A stretch of DNA of 64,000 bases from Syntrophales bacterium (GCA_963668175.1 OY764159.1:960001-1024000); one strand, 5' to 3'. Shown: positions 20,481 through 31,241, numbered from the stretch's first letter. A program made the numbers and translations. Notes: a model not told the origin generated them from the sequence alone.

Positions 20481-20555
20481 TGGTAGGCGGTACTGGGATT
20501 GAACCAGTGACTTCTACCGTGTGAAGGTAGCACTCTCCCGCTGAGTTAACCGCCC
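20481..20555 (-). tRNA. tRNA-Val (anticodon CAC)
   Basis: Reverse complement GGGCGGTTAACTCAGCGGGAGAGTG-CTACC-TTCACAC-GGTAG-...GGTTCAATCC...CCGCCTACCA folds as a cloverleaf with encoded CCA. Confidence 0.97.
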
Positions 20556-20933
20556 GTTCGGCAAACCCTATATCTTAACCATAGGGGTTTTTCAAGTGAA
20601 AAAAAGGTAGGTATTATTGAGTCCGCAACGGCCAGGAAGAGATAAAATCCGGTTCCATTCCCGGGCGCACAGTGTTTACTTTCTCTATATCACGATGGTT
20701 CCGGCAATTTCCGTAAAATGAAGCATGAAGCGATTTGCTGAAAAAAATACATAATCCTGTACGACAGCCGCTGGATGCAAAAGGAAGCAAATAAATCTGG
20801 ACGCCTCTTTTTGCTTCTGATAGGCAACAAGGGCGTTAAGGCAGGCGATACGGGACCCGGCTGAAATAATGAAATATTTTAAAAAGCCGGCGGCGGTATT
20901 TCCCAAACTCATCGATTCCATCAATAGATATCA

Positions 20934-22898
20934 ATGCGACTATCCATGAAAGTTGTCTTACCAGCAAAGAAGAAGGTCATCATCGGTCTCATCTTGATCT
21001 TGGCCGTAGCCGCCATTTACGGAAAAGTCGCCGGTTACGGTTTTATCGATTTCGACGACAACATTTATATCACGAAGAATCCGATGATTCAGAGAGGTCT
21101 TACCGTTGACGGATTGTCCTGCGCCTTCACGGCATGCGCCTTCACTGAAAGCATTGCCCTCTGGCATCCCCTGACGTGGGTTTCATGGTTGATCGATTAC
21201 CGCTTGTACGGTCTGAATCCCGGCGGTTACCATGTTACGAATGTCCTCTTTCACATCGCCAATACCTTGCTCATCTTCCTCATCTTGAACCGGATGACCC
21301 GTGCTCCCTGGAGAAGCGCCCTGGTGTCCGCTCTGTTCGCTTTGCATCCCCTTCATGTCGAGTCGGTTGCCTGGGTGGCCGAAAGGAAGGATGTCCTGAG
21401 CACCTTCTTCGGGCTTCTGGCGACGGGCGCCTATATCGTGTACACGGAACGGCCCCGGGTCGCCGTCTATTTGCTCATCATACTGATGTTTGCCTGCAGC
21501 CTCATGGCGAAACCGATGCTGGTAACCTTGCCTTTCGTCTTTTTGCTGCTCGATTTTTGGCCGTTGGGGCGCTGGGCGTGGCCCCCGATTCCGGTGCTTA
21601 AAGACCTCACGCCGTCGTCCACAATGAAACGCGAGACGCCCGAAGGCAAGAAGACGCCACAAAGAGTCTCGTCGCGTGCTAGTGAAAAGAATGATATCGA
21701 AAAGTCTGAAAGCTCGTATTTTCTCAGGTGCTTCGTTGAGAAGATTCCGTTGATGCTGATAACGGCGATATTCAGCCTTGTAACTTATGTGATTCACAAA
21801 GCGCAAGGATCGGTCGATCAGATCATCCCCCTGGGCGAACGTCTGGGCAACGCCCTCGTTTCCTATGCAGCCTATATCGTCAAGATGATTGTACCTGTCC
21901 ATCTGGCGGTCTTCTATCCTTATCGCGACGACCTGACGCTTCTGCCCGTCATCGGTTCGGCGCTTATCTTGATTCTGATCACCACGGTCGTTCTTCTTTA
22001 CGTTCGCCGGATGCCGTATCTTTTTGTCGGCTGGTTCTTTTATCTTGGGACCATGGTGCCTGTCGTCGGGATCATCCAGGTGGGACAGCAGGCCATGGCG
22101 GACCGCTACACGTATGTACCCCTGATCGGTCTATTCATTATCATTGTCTGGGGTTTCTATGCGCTGGTATCAAAATGGCGCTGCGCGCAGGCGTTGTCGA
22201 TCGCGGCGGCCGTTGCCGCGATCGCGCCCATGATTCTGCTATCTTGGGTGCAAATCGGTTATTGGAAAAACAGTATCAGTCTTTTTCGCCATACCCTGGA
22301 AGTGACGAGGGACAATCATCTGGCCCATGCCTGCCTGGCTGTGGCCCTGCAGAAGGAAGGAAATTTAAAAGAGGCCCTTTTCCACTTTCAGGAAGCTGTG
22401 AGAATCAGGCCGACGGCTCTTTACCTTACGGACCTGGGCAGCCTTTACGGCATGGTAGGAAAGACGAATGAAGCCATCGCCTGTTTGCGTCAGGCCCTGC
22501 AAGAAAAGGAAAACCTCGAAAGGGCTCAATACAACCTCGGCATTTTGCTGGTGGCCCGCGGCGAGGACCAGGAGGCCCTCACCCATTTGCTGAGAACTCT
22601 GCAGCTTAACCCCCGTAAAGAGGGGACAAGATTGATGATCGGCAATATCATGATAAGACAGGGGAAATCCCGGGAAGCCGTCCGTTATTTTGAAGAAGAG
22701 GCCGACCTCGGTTCAAAGAACGCCCTATTGTATAACGACCTTGGTACCGTCTATTATCAACAGGGACAGCGCGAAAAGGGCTTGGCCTGTTACGACAGGG
22801 CCTTAGCGATTGATCCTGAAAACAAGCTTGTGAAAGATAACATGAAGTTGGCTCTCGCAAAATACGGCCGGCCAAACACCCGGGGATCGTGTCCGTGA
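20934..22898 (+). CDS. TMTC-like GT-C membrane protein with C-terminal TPRs (paralog 1)
   Basis: DFDD, WHPLT, HPLHVESVAWVAERKDVL, MADRYTY, W-x-N-S followed by TPRs. Confidence 0.85.
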   Translation: MRLSMKVVLPAKKKVIIGLILILAVAAIYGKVAGYGFIDFDDNIYITKNPMIQRGLTVDGLSCAFTACAFTESIALWHPLTWVSWLIDYRLYGLNPGGYHVTNVLFHIANTLLIFLILNRMTRAPWRSALVSALFALHPLHVESVAWVAERKDVLSTFFGLLATGAYIVYTERPRVAVYLLIILMFACSLMAKPMLVTLPFVFLLLDFWPLGRWAWPPIPVLKDLTPSSTMKRETPEGKKTPQRVSSRASEKNDIEKSESSYFLRCFVEKIPLMLITAIFSLVTYVIHKAQGSVDQIIPLGERLGNALVSYAAYIVKMIVPVHLAVFYPYRDDLTLLPVIGSALILILITTVVLLYVRRMPYLFVGWFFYLGTMVPVVGIIQVGQQAMADRYTYVPLIGLFIIIVWGFYALVSKWRCAQALSIAAAVAAIAPMILLSWVQIGYWKNSISLFRHTLEVTRDNHLAHACLAVALQKEGNLKEALFHFQEAVRIRPTALYLTDLGSLYGMVGKTNEAIACLRQALQEKENLERAQYNLGILLVARGEDQEALTHLLRTLQLNPRKEGTRLMIGNIMIRQGKSREAVRYFEEEADLGSKNALLYNDLGTVYYQQGQREKGLACYDRALAIDPENKLVKDNMKLALAKYGRPNTRGSCP

Positions 22899-23073
22899 AT
22901 ATCGGTTCTGGTGTATCGAAGAAGCGGCCGATTGTTGCGCATGCCGTTATGCAGGATACTTGGGTCAAGGGAGGGCGTCCGACACGCCCATGAGTGCTGC
23001 GAAAAAGACTTTTCCGTAAGGGTGATTGATGATAGAAGGGCGTTGACGAATAAAGAATAGGGAAGGGATAAAG

Positions 23074-24135
23074 ATGGAGATCAAAAACCTGATGGTTACG
23101 GGCGGCTGCGGCTTTATCGGCAGTAATTTCATCCGGTATTTGCTGGGGAACAGCACTTTTACGGGCAGGATCATCAATGCCGACAAACTGACTTATGCAG
23201 GCAACCTGGAGAATCTGGCGGGGCTTTCCGAGGCCCATCCGGGAAGGCTCTTCTTCGCAAAAGAGGACATTTGCGACGGACAGAGGCTGCGGGACGTTTT
23301 TCGCCGCTATGAAGTCGATACAATTGTTCATTTTGCGGCCGAGTCGCATGTGGACCGTTCCATCAAGCGGCCGGATAGCTTCATCCAGACCAATATCATC
23401 GGAACGTTTAACCTGCTTGAGATTGCCAGGGAGCATGCCGACAGGTTCAACCTGTTCCATCACGTCAGCACCGATGAAGTCTACGGGAGCCTGACCAGGG
23501 AGGAAGGGGCTTTTACGGAAGAGACGCCCTACCGCCCCAACAGCCCCTATTCGGCCTCCAAGGCGTCGTCGGACCACCTGGTCCGTGCCTATCATGAAAC
23601 CTATGGACTGCCCACAACCATCTCCAACTGCTCGAACAATTACGGGCCCTACCAATTTCCGGAAAAACTGATACCGCTCATGATTCTCAACGGACTGGAA
23701 GGCAAGCCGTTGCCGGTTTACGGAGACGGCCGCAATGTCCGGGATTGGCTCTACGTGACCGACCACTGTGAAGCGATATGGAAGATCGTACAGTCCGGAA
23801 AGCGGGGCGGAACTTACAATATCGGCGGACAGGCCGAGATGGAGAACATCGTCATCGTCCGGATGATCTGCGATATCCTCGACGAAATCCGCCCAGGGGC
23901 CGACGGCAAATCGAGGAAGGATTTGATTACCTATGTCAAGGACAGGCCAGGTCACGACCTGAGATATGCGATAGATTTCGCCAAGATCAACCACGATCTC
24001 GGCTGGACTCCCAGCGAATCGTTCGATACGGGTTTGAGGAAGACCGTTCAATGGTATCTCGACCACATGGAATGGATTGACCGCATCCGCAGCGGCGAGT
24101 ATCAAAAGTGGATGAGCGAACAATACGGGGGCTGA
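23074..24135 (+). CDS. rfbB: dTDP-glucose 4,6-dehydratase
   Basis: [47 protein letters not shown]. Confidence 0.96.
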   Translation: MEIKNLMVTGGCGFIGSNFIRYLLGNSTFTGRIINADKLTYAGNLENLAGLSEAHPGRLFFAKEDICDGQRLRDVFRRYEVDTIVHFAAESHVDRSIKRPDSFIQTNIIGTFNLLEIAREHADRFNLFHHVSTDEVYGSLTREEGAFTEETPYRPNSPYSASKASSDHLVRAYHETYGLPTTISNCSNNYGPYQFPEKLIPLMILNGLEGKPLPVYGDGRNVRDWLYVTDHCEAIWKIVQSGKRGGTYNIGGQAEMENIVIVRMICDILDEIRPGADGKSRKDLITYVKDRPGHDLRYAIDFAKINHDLGWTPSESFDTGLRKTVQWYLDHMEWIDRIRSGEYQKWMSEQYGG

Positions 24136-24181
24136 TAACGGCCCGTCAACAGTTCTTGATGAACAGCCAAAGGAGGGGAAA

Positions 24182-24973
24182 ATGGATCTAGGAATAAAAG
24201 ACAGGATAGCACTGGTCGCCGGGGGAAGCATGGGATTGGGCCTGGCCGTGGCCAAACGTATGGCGATGGAAGGGGCACGCGTGGCTATCTGCGCCCTGGA
24301 CGATCCCAGCCTGCCAGCGGCAAAGAAGGAAATCGAAGGAGCAACCGGCGCGGAGGTAATCGCCATCCCCGCAGACTTGACCGATATAGGGCAGGCCGGC
24401 CATTTTGTCCGCGCCGCCCGGGAACATTTCGGAACGGTCGATATCCTCGTCAACAATGCCGGAGGCCCGCCCTCCACGTCTTTTCTCGAAATCGACGACA
24501 AGCTGTGGGAATACGGCTTCCATTTGAATCTCATGTCAACCATCGCCATGACGCGAGAGGCCGTCCCCGTCATGAAGGAAAAGCGCTGGGGACGCATCAT
24601 CAACATGACGTCCATATCGGTCAAACAGCCCATTGACGGCCTGATTCTGTCCAATACCATTCGTGCCGGGGTCATCGGTTTGGCGAAAAGCCTGTCGAAT
24701 GAACTCGCGCCGTTCAACATTACCGTAAACAACGTATGTCCGGGCTATACTATGACGGAAAGGGTCCGGAGCCTGTCGGTTGCTGTTGCCGCCAAAGAAG
24801 GAAAAACGCCGGCCGACGTCGTCAAGAAATGGGAATCGGAGATCCCCATGAAACGACTGGGAACGCCGGAAGAATTTGCAGGACTGGTCGCTTTCCTCGC
24901 CTCCGATTTTGCGGGATACATCACCGGGGCGGCCATCCAGATCGACGGCGGATGGTATAAAGGAATCATGTAG
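24182..24973 (+). CDS. SDR-family oxidoreductase (atypical active site)
   Basis: GGSMGLG, NNAGGPP. LSNTIR replaces YxxxK. ITGAAIQIDGG. Confidence 0.9.
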   Translation: MDLGIKDRIALVAGGSMGLGLAVAKRMAMEGARVAICALDDPSLPAAKKEIEGATGAEVIAIPADLTDIGQAGHFVRAAREHFGTVDILVNNAGGPPSTSFLEIDDKLWEYGFHLNLMSTIAMTREAVPVMKEKRWGRIINMTSISVKQPIDGLILSNTIRAGVIGLAKSLSNELAPFNITVNNVCPGYTMTERVRSLSVAVAAKEGKTPADVVKKWESEIPMKRLGTPEEFAGLVAFLASDFAGYITGAAIQIDGGWYKGIM

Positions 24974-24991
24974 TCTATTCTGGAATGGTTT

Positions 24992-26947
24992 ATGAAGGAG
25001 AAGCGGCGTAAAGGGCAAAAGCGAAACGACCATCAGGCCATCAGAAAAGATACGGTTCCTGTCGTCGCGCAAGAAAAGGCCATCGTTATCGGCGACCCGG
25101 CGGGCGGCAAAGAAGGCAACGAAAGCGGCGGCAGGTTGATTCGACGTTACGTATGGTTCGTTGCGGCCATCATTCTTGCCGGTATCCTGGTCTATTCCAA
25201 TTCGTTCGATTGTTCATTCCACTTCGACGATTCCAATATCTTCGTCAGCTCCGTTACAAGAGAGTCGGCCACTATCGGCGACTGGATGAAGCTTTTTTCC
25301 AGCCGCCCTCTGGGGATGGCGACCTTTGCCTTAAACTATCATTTTCATAAAATGAATGTTTGGGGCTATCATTTCGTCAACCTGGCGATCCATCTGGCCA
25401 ATGCGCTCCTCATCTTTTGGCTTTGCCTCCTGACGTTTTCCACGCCGGTCATGAAAGAGGCTGATGTAAGCCGTCACGAGGCGTGGATTGCCTTCTTCAC
25501 GGCGATGCTTTTCGTGTCCCACCCCCTGGCGACCCAGTCCGTCACCTATATCGCCCAGAGATTTGCATCTCTTGCAACGTTCTTCTATCTTCTGTCCGTG
25601 GCACTGTATGTTAAGGGCCGGCTCCGGACGGGGAGCGGCACTGCATCATGGCTCTTTTACGGGGGAACCGTCATATCGGCCGTGCTCGCGATGCTGACGA
25701 AAGAGATCGCTTTTACGCTTCCCTTTGCGCTTCTGCTCTATGAAGTCTGTTTTCTGAAGACCGATCCATGGAAATACGATGTTGACAGGGCAAAGGGATT
25801 GACGGTCAGCGCCCTGATCTTTATCATTTTTGTCGCATTATTCTTCCGTGTCTTTTCTTTCAGTATCTTTGACACGGTTCCGCCGCTTAAGGGATATAAT
25901 TATTCCATTTCGGCCAAGGAGTATCTCTTTACACAGTTTAACGTGATTGTAACGTATCTTCGCTTATTCGTTCTTCCCGTCAATCAGAATCTTGATTACG
26001 ATTATCCCGTCTCCCACAGCCTGTTCGACGGGTACACGTTCCCCTGCCTGCTTTTTCTGCTTGCGATTGCCGCACTGGGCGTCTGGGCGTTTAAACGCTG
26101 GCGCCTGATCGCCTTCGGTATTTTCTGGTTCTTCCTTACGATGTCGGTGGAATCAAGCATCGTCCCGGTATCGCAGAATGTGATCTTCGAGCATCGAACC
26201 TATCTGTCCGGTTTTGGTATTTTTCTCGCGGCAACATCCGTCCTCTTTTATTTAGCCCGGGACCGCTTTAAGCAGGTTGCTGTGGGTGTGCTGATTGTGC
26301 TCGTGTGCGCCGGATCGGTTTTGGCCTATCAGCGCAACCGGGTCTGGAAGGATGAGTATACCCTCTGGACGGATTGCGTTAAGAAATCACCGAACAAGGG
26401 AAAGACGGTGGCCGGCTTGGCCCAGGCCCTGTTCAGCAGGGGAGACGCCCATACCGCTCTGCAGTATTTTGACCGGTCGATCGCCTTGAGCCCTCATTAC
26501 GATTTGCTGTATTATAATCGCGGCAGCGTCAAGTATGCGTTGAAGGATTATCGGGGAGCGGCTGCCGATTATGACGCCGCCCTGAAGATCAATCCGTCTC
26601 ATATCCCATCCTATCACAACCGGGCTTATGCCAAAATTCAGATAGGCGACTACATGGGGGCAGCGTCGGACTTCGAAGCGGCGTTAAAAATCAATCCGGA
26701 TGTTGCTGAAACCTATATCAGCCTGGGAAACTTGAAAGCGCAGCATTTGAAAGACTATGAGGGGTCCATACAGTTGTTTACGAAGGCGATTGCCCTGGAG
26801 CCGGGGAATGTCTGGCCGTATTCCAACAGGGGATTCTCAAGGTTCATGATAAACGACCGCAGGGGGGCGTGCGAGGATTGGCGAATCGCTGCAGGAATGG
26901 GTTCGGAACCGGGCCGCAGGGCCTGGCATACGTATTGCCGGCAGTGA
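24992..26947 (+). CDS. TMTC-like GT-C membrane protein with TPRs (paralog 2)
   Basis: FHFDD, SRPL, HPLATQSVTYIAQR, TKE, FEHRTY, TPRs. Confidence 0.85.
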   Translation: MKEKRRKGQKRNDHQAIRKDTVPVVAQEKAIVIGDPAGGKEGNESGGRLIRRYVWFVAAIILAGILVYSNSFDCSFHFDDSNIFVSSVTRESATIGDWMKLFSSRPLGMATFALNYHFHKMNVWGYHFVNLAIHLANALLIFWLCLLTFSTPVMKEADVSRHEAWIAFFTAMLFVSHPLATQSVTYIAQRFASLATFFYLLSVALYVKGRLRTGSGTASWLFYGGTVISAVLAMLTKEIAFTLPFALLLYEVCFLKTDPWKYDVDRAKGLTVSALIFIIFVALFFRVFSFSIFDTVPPLKGYNYSISAKEYLFTQFNVIVTYLRLFVLPVNQNLDYDYPVSHSLFDGYTFPCLLFLLAIAALGVWAFKRWRLIAFGIFWFFLTMSVESSIVPVSQNVIFEHRTYLSGFGIFLAATSVLFYLARDRFKQVAVGVLIVLVCAGSVLAYQRNRVWKDEYTLWTDCVKKSPNKGKTVAGLAQALFSRGDAHTALQYFDRSIALSPHYDLLYYNRGSVKYALKDYRGAAADYDAALKINPSHIPSYHNRAYAKIQIGDYMGAASDFEAALKINPDVAETYISLGNLKAQHLKDYEGSIQLFTKAIALEPGNVWPYSNRGFSRFMINDRRGACEDWRIAAGMGSEPGRRAWHTYCRQ

Positions 26948-27039
26948 AGACATCCTCGGGTGAATTGACACGGGACATCCGTTTATGTCAGTATCAGCGG
27001 GCCAAGGGGAAGGCTGAACAATAATCGGAAAGGCGGTTT

Positions 27040-28971
27040 ATGAAATCGAAGCAAGCCAAAAGAGATAAAAAGGTCAAAGCGGCGGAAATAAAAGATGGTG
27101 CGCCGCTGCAATCCATGGCGGCGGCAACGGAGCAAAAGAAGAAGGACGAGAGCGCCGGTCCGGGCAAGTATCGTCTTCATTTTTTTGTTGCAGCCATCGT
27201 GCTTACGGGCATTCTCATATATTCCAATTCGTTCGACTGCTCATTCCATTTCGACGATTCCAATGTCTTCCAGAATTCGGTCATTTACGAATCTGCGTCC
27301 ATCCATGACTGGATCAAGCTCTTTCCCGCCCGTCCCTTAGGCGTGTTGACCTTTGCCCTCAATTATCACTTCCATAAACAAAATGTATGGGGATACCACT
27401 TCGTCAACCTGTCAATTCATCTCGCGAATGCGCTGCTCGTTTTCTGGCTCTCCCTCCTGACGTTTGCCACGCCGGTCGTGAAAGACACTGCAGTCAACCG
27501 TCACCGGACGTGGATTGCCTTCTTTACGGCGATGCTCTTCGTGTCCCACCCGTTGGCGACGCAGTCGGTCACCTATATCGTCCAGCGGTTTGCATCGCTG
27601 GCGACGTTCTTTTATCTCTTGTCCGTGGCTCTGTATGTCCGCGGCCGAATCTGGAATGGAAAAAACGGTGTGCAATGGTTCTTTTACGGGGGGGCTGTCG
27701 TTTCGGCCGTGCTGTCGATGCTGACCAAGGAAATCGCCTTTACGCTGCCCTTTGCTCTTGTGCTTTATGAATACTGCTTTATGAAGACCGACACATGGAA
27801 ATTCGATTCCGGCAGGATGAAGGGATTGGCAGTCAGTGTTCTGGTCTTTATTATATTCGTTGCGATGTTTTTCCGGGCATATTCCTTTAAGGTATTCAAT
27901 GCGGTTCCGCCTGATCAGGGTTATTCCTATTCGATTTCCGCCAAGGAGTATCTCTTTACCCAGTTCAACGTTATCGTGACGTATCTCAGGCTCTTCGTTC
28001 TGCCGATTAACCAGACTGTGGATTACGATTATCCCGTCTCCCACAGCCTGTTTGATGGATATACTTTTTTTAGCCTGATGTTTTTGCTCGCCATTGCTGC
28101 GTTGGGAGCCTGGGCCTTCAAGCGATGGCGCCTCATCGCCTTCGGAATATTCTGGTTTTTTCTCTCTTTGGCGGTGGAGTCGAGCATCTTGCCTGTGTCG
28201 CAGAATGTCATCTTCGAACACCGGACCTATCTCCCCAGTTTCGGTTTCTTCTTAGCGGCAACGTCCGTCTTTTTTTATTTTACAAAGGACCACTATAAAA
28301 AATTCGTTGTGGGAGTGCTGATTGTCCTGGTGGGCGCCGGATCGGTCCTGGCCTATCAGCGCAACCGGATCTGGAAAAACGATGAGACGTTCTTTGTGGA
28401 CAACTACATGAAAGCCCCCAATAAGCCCCGTCCCATGAATTGGTATGGTAAAGTGCTGGTTGACAGGGGGGATCTCCGGGGCGCCGTGCGTCTCTATGAG
28501 CGAGCTATTCAGATCAACCCGGCGTACGATGTGTCCTATCATAACCTGGGGCGCACGAAGGCGGCACTGAACGATTATGCGGGAGCTATCGCCGACTACA
28601 CGATGGCTATCAAACTAAATCGGAAAGATGCCTCGGCTTATTACAATCGGGCCTATGCCCGGACGGAATTGAAGGACTATCAGGGGGCGATAGCCGACTA
28701 TGAAGCGGTCCTGAGAATCGATCCTTATGGGACGGATGCTTACTGCAACCTGGGGAACCTGAAAGCCGAGTTTATGAAAGACTATGCCGGCTCAATCCAG
28801 ATGTTCAACAAAGCCATAGAGATAGATAGAAAAAACGGAATGGCCTACGGCAACCGCGGCAATTCGAAATACATGCTCCGCGATATCCAGGGGGCCTGCA
28901 ACGATTGGAAGATTGCCGCCAGTCTGGGAATTTCCCGCGTTATGCCGGCTATTCAGTCCGTTTGCCGCTGA
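27040..28971 (+). CDS. TMTC-like GT-C membrane protein with TPRs (paralog 3, tandem duplicate of paralog 2)
   Basis: Same motifs as paralog 2, with long near-identical DNA stretches. Confidence 0.85.
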   Translation: MKSKQAKRDKKVKAAEIKDGAPLQSMAAATEQKKKDESAGPGKYRLHFFVAAIVLTGILIYSNSFDCSFHFDDSNVFQNSVIYESASIHDWIKLFPARPLGVLTFALNYHFHKQNVWGYHFVNLSIHLANALLVFWLSLLTFATPVVKDTAVNRHRTWIAFFTAMLFVSHPLATQSVTYIVQRFASLATFFYLLSVALYVRGRIWNGKNGVQWFFYGGAVVSAVLSMLTKEIAFTLPFALVLYEYCFMKTDTWKFDSGRMKGLAVSVLVFIIFVAMFFRAYSFKVFNAVPPDQGYSYSISAKEYLFTQFNVIVTYLRLFVLPINQTVDYDYPVSHSLFDGYTFFSLMFLLAIAALGAWAFKRWRLIAFGIFWFFLSLAVESSILPVSQNVIFEHRTYLPSFGFFLAATSVFFYFTKDHYKKFVVGVLIVLVGAGSVLAYQRNRIWKNDETFFVDNYMKAPNKPRPMNWYGKVLVDRGDLRGAVRLYERAIQINPAYDVSYHNLGRTKAALNDYAGAIADYTMAIKLNRKDASAYYNRAYARTELKDYQGAIADYEAVLRIDPYGTDAYCNLGNLKAEFMKDYAGSIQMFNKAIEIDRKNGMAYGNRGNSKYMLRDIQGACNDWKIAASLGISRVMPAIQSVCR

Positions 28972-28988
28972 GTCGATTTGAGACATAT

Positions 28989-31202
28989 TCATCGTGGCGA
29001 CATCGACGTTGTCATCGTGTTCCTATCGGGGGACGCCGCCCTCATCCTGTCTTCGACATACCGCATGGCCTGCAGCGCGGTAGCGTCCTGCGGCTGAATA
29101 ACGAGTACCTTCCGGAACTGGATCACGGCTTCGGCCGTTTTTCCCTGTATCAGGAGGGCGCTGCCCAACCGGTTCAGGGCATTGATATTGGCGGGATCGA
29201 TCTGTACAGTTTCCCGGAACTGCCGTATCCCCTCTTCGATCTGTCCCTGCGATACCAGGATGTTTCCCAGGTTCATGCGGGCGCTCACATTCCTCGGATT
29301 CAGGCGGAGGGCCTCCTGGAATTGGATAATGGCCTCGCGTATTTTTCCTTGGCTGCGTAAAGCGATCCCCAGGTTATTATAGGCGGCATCCGCATACTGC
29401 GGATTGAGTTCTATGGCTTTCTTATATTGACTGGTCGCATTGTCCGTCTTGCCTTGTTTGGTTTGAATATCGCCGAGGAGAAAAAAACTCTTCGGATTAT
29501 TCGGATCAATGGTCAGGGCTTTCTGAATGTGAGCCATGGCTTCTTCCGTCTTCCCCCGGGTATGCAGCAACGAAGCCATATCTGTATAGGATTCAACGAA
29601 ATGCGGATCGATCCGTATCGCCTCCCGAAATTGTTTTTCCGCTTCGTCAAACTTGCCTTGCAGCGCTAGCGTATTGCCCAAACCAACCCGCGCGCGTGCG
29701 TAATCAGGTTTCGACCTTACAGCTTCATCAAATTGGACCACGGAATCCCCGAGTCTTCCCTGGGCGGCATACAATACACCAAGTTGATTGTGGGCCAGGT
29801 AGTTGCGCGATGTCACGGAAACGGCATGTTCAAACAGGGTGGTGCTGTTCTTCCAGTATCCGATCTGTTTCCAGGTTACAACCGTGAGTGCAGTCGTAAC
29901 GGCGGCGGCAATCGAGAAAAGGATGACTTTGTGTTTCCGAATTTTTTGCCCAAGATCGCTTATCGCCCAAGTGACGATGATAAACAAACCTACAAGGGGT
30001 ATATACACGTGACGGTCCGCCATGGCTTGTTCACCTGCCTGAACTATGCCGATGACGGGAATGAGAGTCCCTAGATACCAGAACCACCCGGTCAGGAGGT
30101 AGGGTTTACTCTTTCGAAAGTAAAGGACGGCGGCCGTCAAAAGAAGGAGCAGAACCGCGGATGCCGCAACCCAGCCCGCAGGCAGCGGAGTGCGATACGG
30201 GTAGAAGACGGCGAGATTGATAGGCCACAACATGTTCCAAATGTAAGAGGCGTACGATAGGATCGCGTTTCCGAGGCGCTGTACCAAAGGAATTTCCGAA
30301 TTGATCCCTCCCAAGCTCTTATGAAAATAGAAGGTCATGAAGCTTGCGATCAGGGAAAGAATCATTAGAGGGATCTTTTCCCAAAACAGAGAAACCGTCG
30401 TAGGGGGTACGAAACGCCGGATATCGGCGGCCTGCTTGCTCGTCTGTCTGATTGGCTCAGGCTGCCGTCTTTTTTTCCCGGTTTCTTTAAACTCGGGTTT
30501 TCTTATAACCTTGGGTTCGGGTGACGGCATCGGAACAAGCGAGAAACGTCCCAACGGCCAGTAGTCGAGCAGCAGCAGGACAAACGGCAAGGTGACAATC
30601 ATGGATTTTGACATAAGCCCCAGAGAGAAAAAGACGATCATGGACAGGTATGTCGAAAAGGTGGGACGCCTAATATAATAAAGGTAGCCGGCAACCGTGA
30701 GGAGACCGAAAAACGTACTCAGGACGTCTCTTCGCTCCGTCGCCCAGGCGACGGATTCCACGTGGAGAGGGTGGACGGCGAACATAGCTGCGACGAAGGC
30801 GCTTCGCCAGGGTGCTCGTGTCGTATAATTAAGGATGAAAAAAAGAATCAACGTATTCAGAACATGCAACAGGAGATTCGTCAGATGATAACCCGCCGGG
30901 TTCAGTCCGTATAAACGATAATCCAGCATCAGGGAAAGCCAGGTTATCGGATGCCAGTGGGGTGCTTCTTTGTTAGCGGCGCAAAAGGTAAAAGTACAGG
31001 CCATACCCTTCAGAGTGAATCCGTTGCGAAGGGTTTGGCTGTCTGTAATATGGAACGGGTCGTCATAATTGACGAAATCATGATCCTTAACCTGCCAATA
31101 GGGAATTAAAATCAGGATGATGAGGATGGCGCTTATCAGAAGTATCTGGAGACGCTTATTTTGTGTCAATTGTTCGAGGACTTGCATTGTAGGAGTGGTC
31201 AT
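28989..31202 (-). CDS. TMTC-like GT-C membrane protein with TPRs (paralog 4)
   Basis: NYDD, WHPIT, HPLHVESVAWATERRDVL, MADRHVY, a longer TPR run. Confidence 0.85.
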   Translation of the reverse strand: MTTPTMQVLEQLTQNKRLQILLISAILIILILIPYWQVKDHDFVNYDDPFHITDSQTLRNGFTLKGMACTFTFCAANKEAPHWHPITWLSLMLDYRLYGLNPAGYHLTNLLLHVLNTLILFFILNYTTRAPWRSAFVAAMFAVHPLHVESVAWATERRDVLSTFFGLLTVAGYLYYIRRPTFSTYLSMIVFFSLGLMSKSMIVTLPFVLLLLDYWPLGRFSLVPMPSPEPKVIRKPEFKETGKKRRQPEPIRQTSKQAADIRRFVPPTTVSLFWEKIPLMILSLIASFMTFYFHKSLGGINSEIPLVQRLGNAILSYASYIWNMLWPINLAVFYPYRTPLPAGWVAASAVLLLLLTAAVLYFRKSKPYLLTGWFWYLGTLIPVIGIVQAGEQAMADRHVYIPLVGLFIIVTWAISDLGQKIRKHKVILFSIAAAVTTALTVVTWKQIGYWKNSTTLFEHAVSVTSRNYLAHNQLGVLYAAQGRLGDSVVQFDEAVRSKPDYARARVGLGNTLALQGKFDEAEKQFREAIRIDPHFVESYTDMASLLHTRGKTEEAMAHIQKALTIDPNNPKSFFLLGDIQTKQGKTDNATSQYKKAIELNPQYADAAYNNLGIALRSQGKIREAIIQFQEALRLNPRNVSARMNLGNILVSQGQIEEGIRQFRETVQIDPANINALNRLGSALLIQGKTAEAVIQFRKVLVIQPQDATALQAMRYVEDRMRAASPDRNTMTTSMSPR

Positions 31203-31241
31203 TCAGCGTTTCCTTGGGATGAATGCTGCAATATCAACTTT

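Noticed and set aside
20889..20899. ops/JUMPstart-like GGCGGTA upstream of the TMTC-like genes
   Set aside because: Only a partial match to GGCGGTAG, likely by chance.
24992..28971. Diversity-generating retroelement explanation for the repeated DNA
   Set aside because: No reverse transcriptase in the window. The differences are not adenine-specific and span whole genes.
20481..31202. Genomic island integrated at tRNA-Val(CAC)
   Set aside because: No integrase and no duplicated tRNA 3' end seen. The TPR genes lie on the 5' side of the tRNA.
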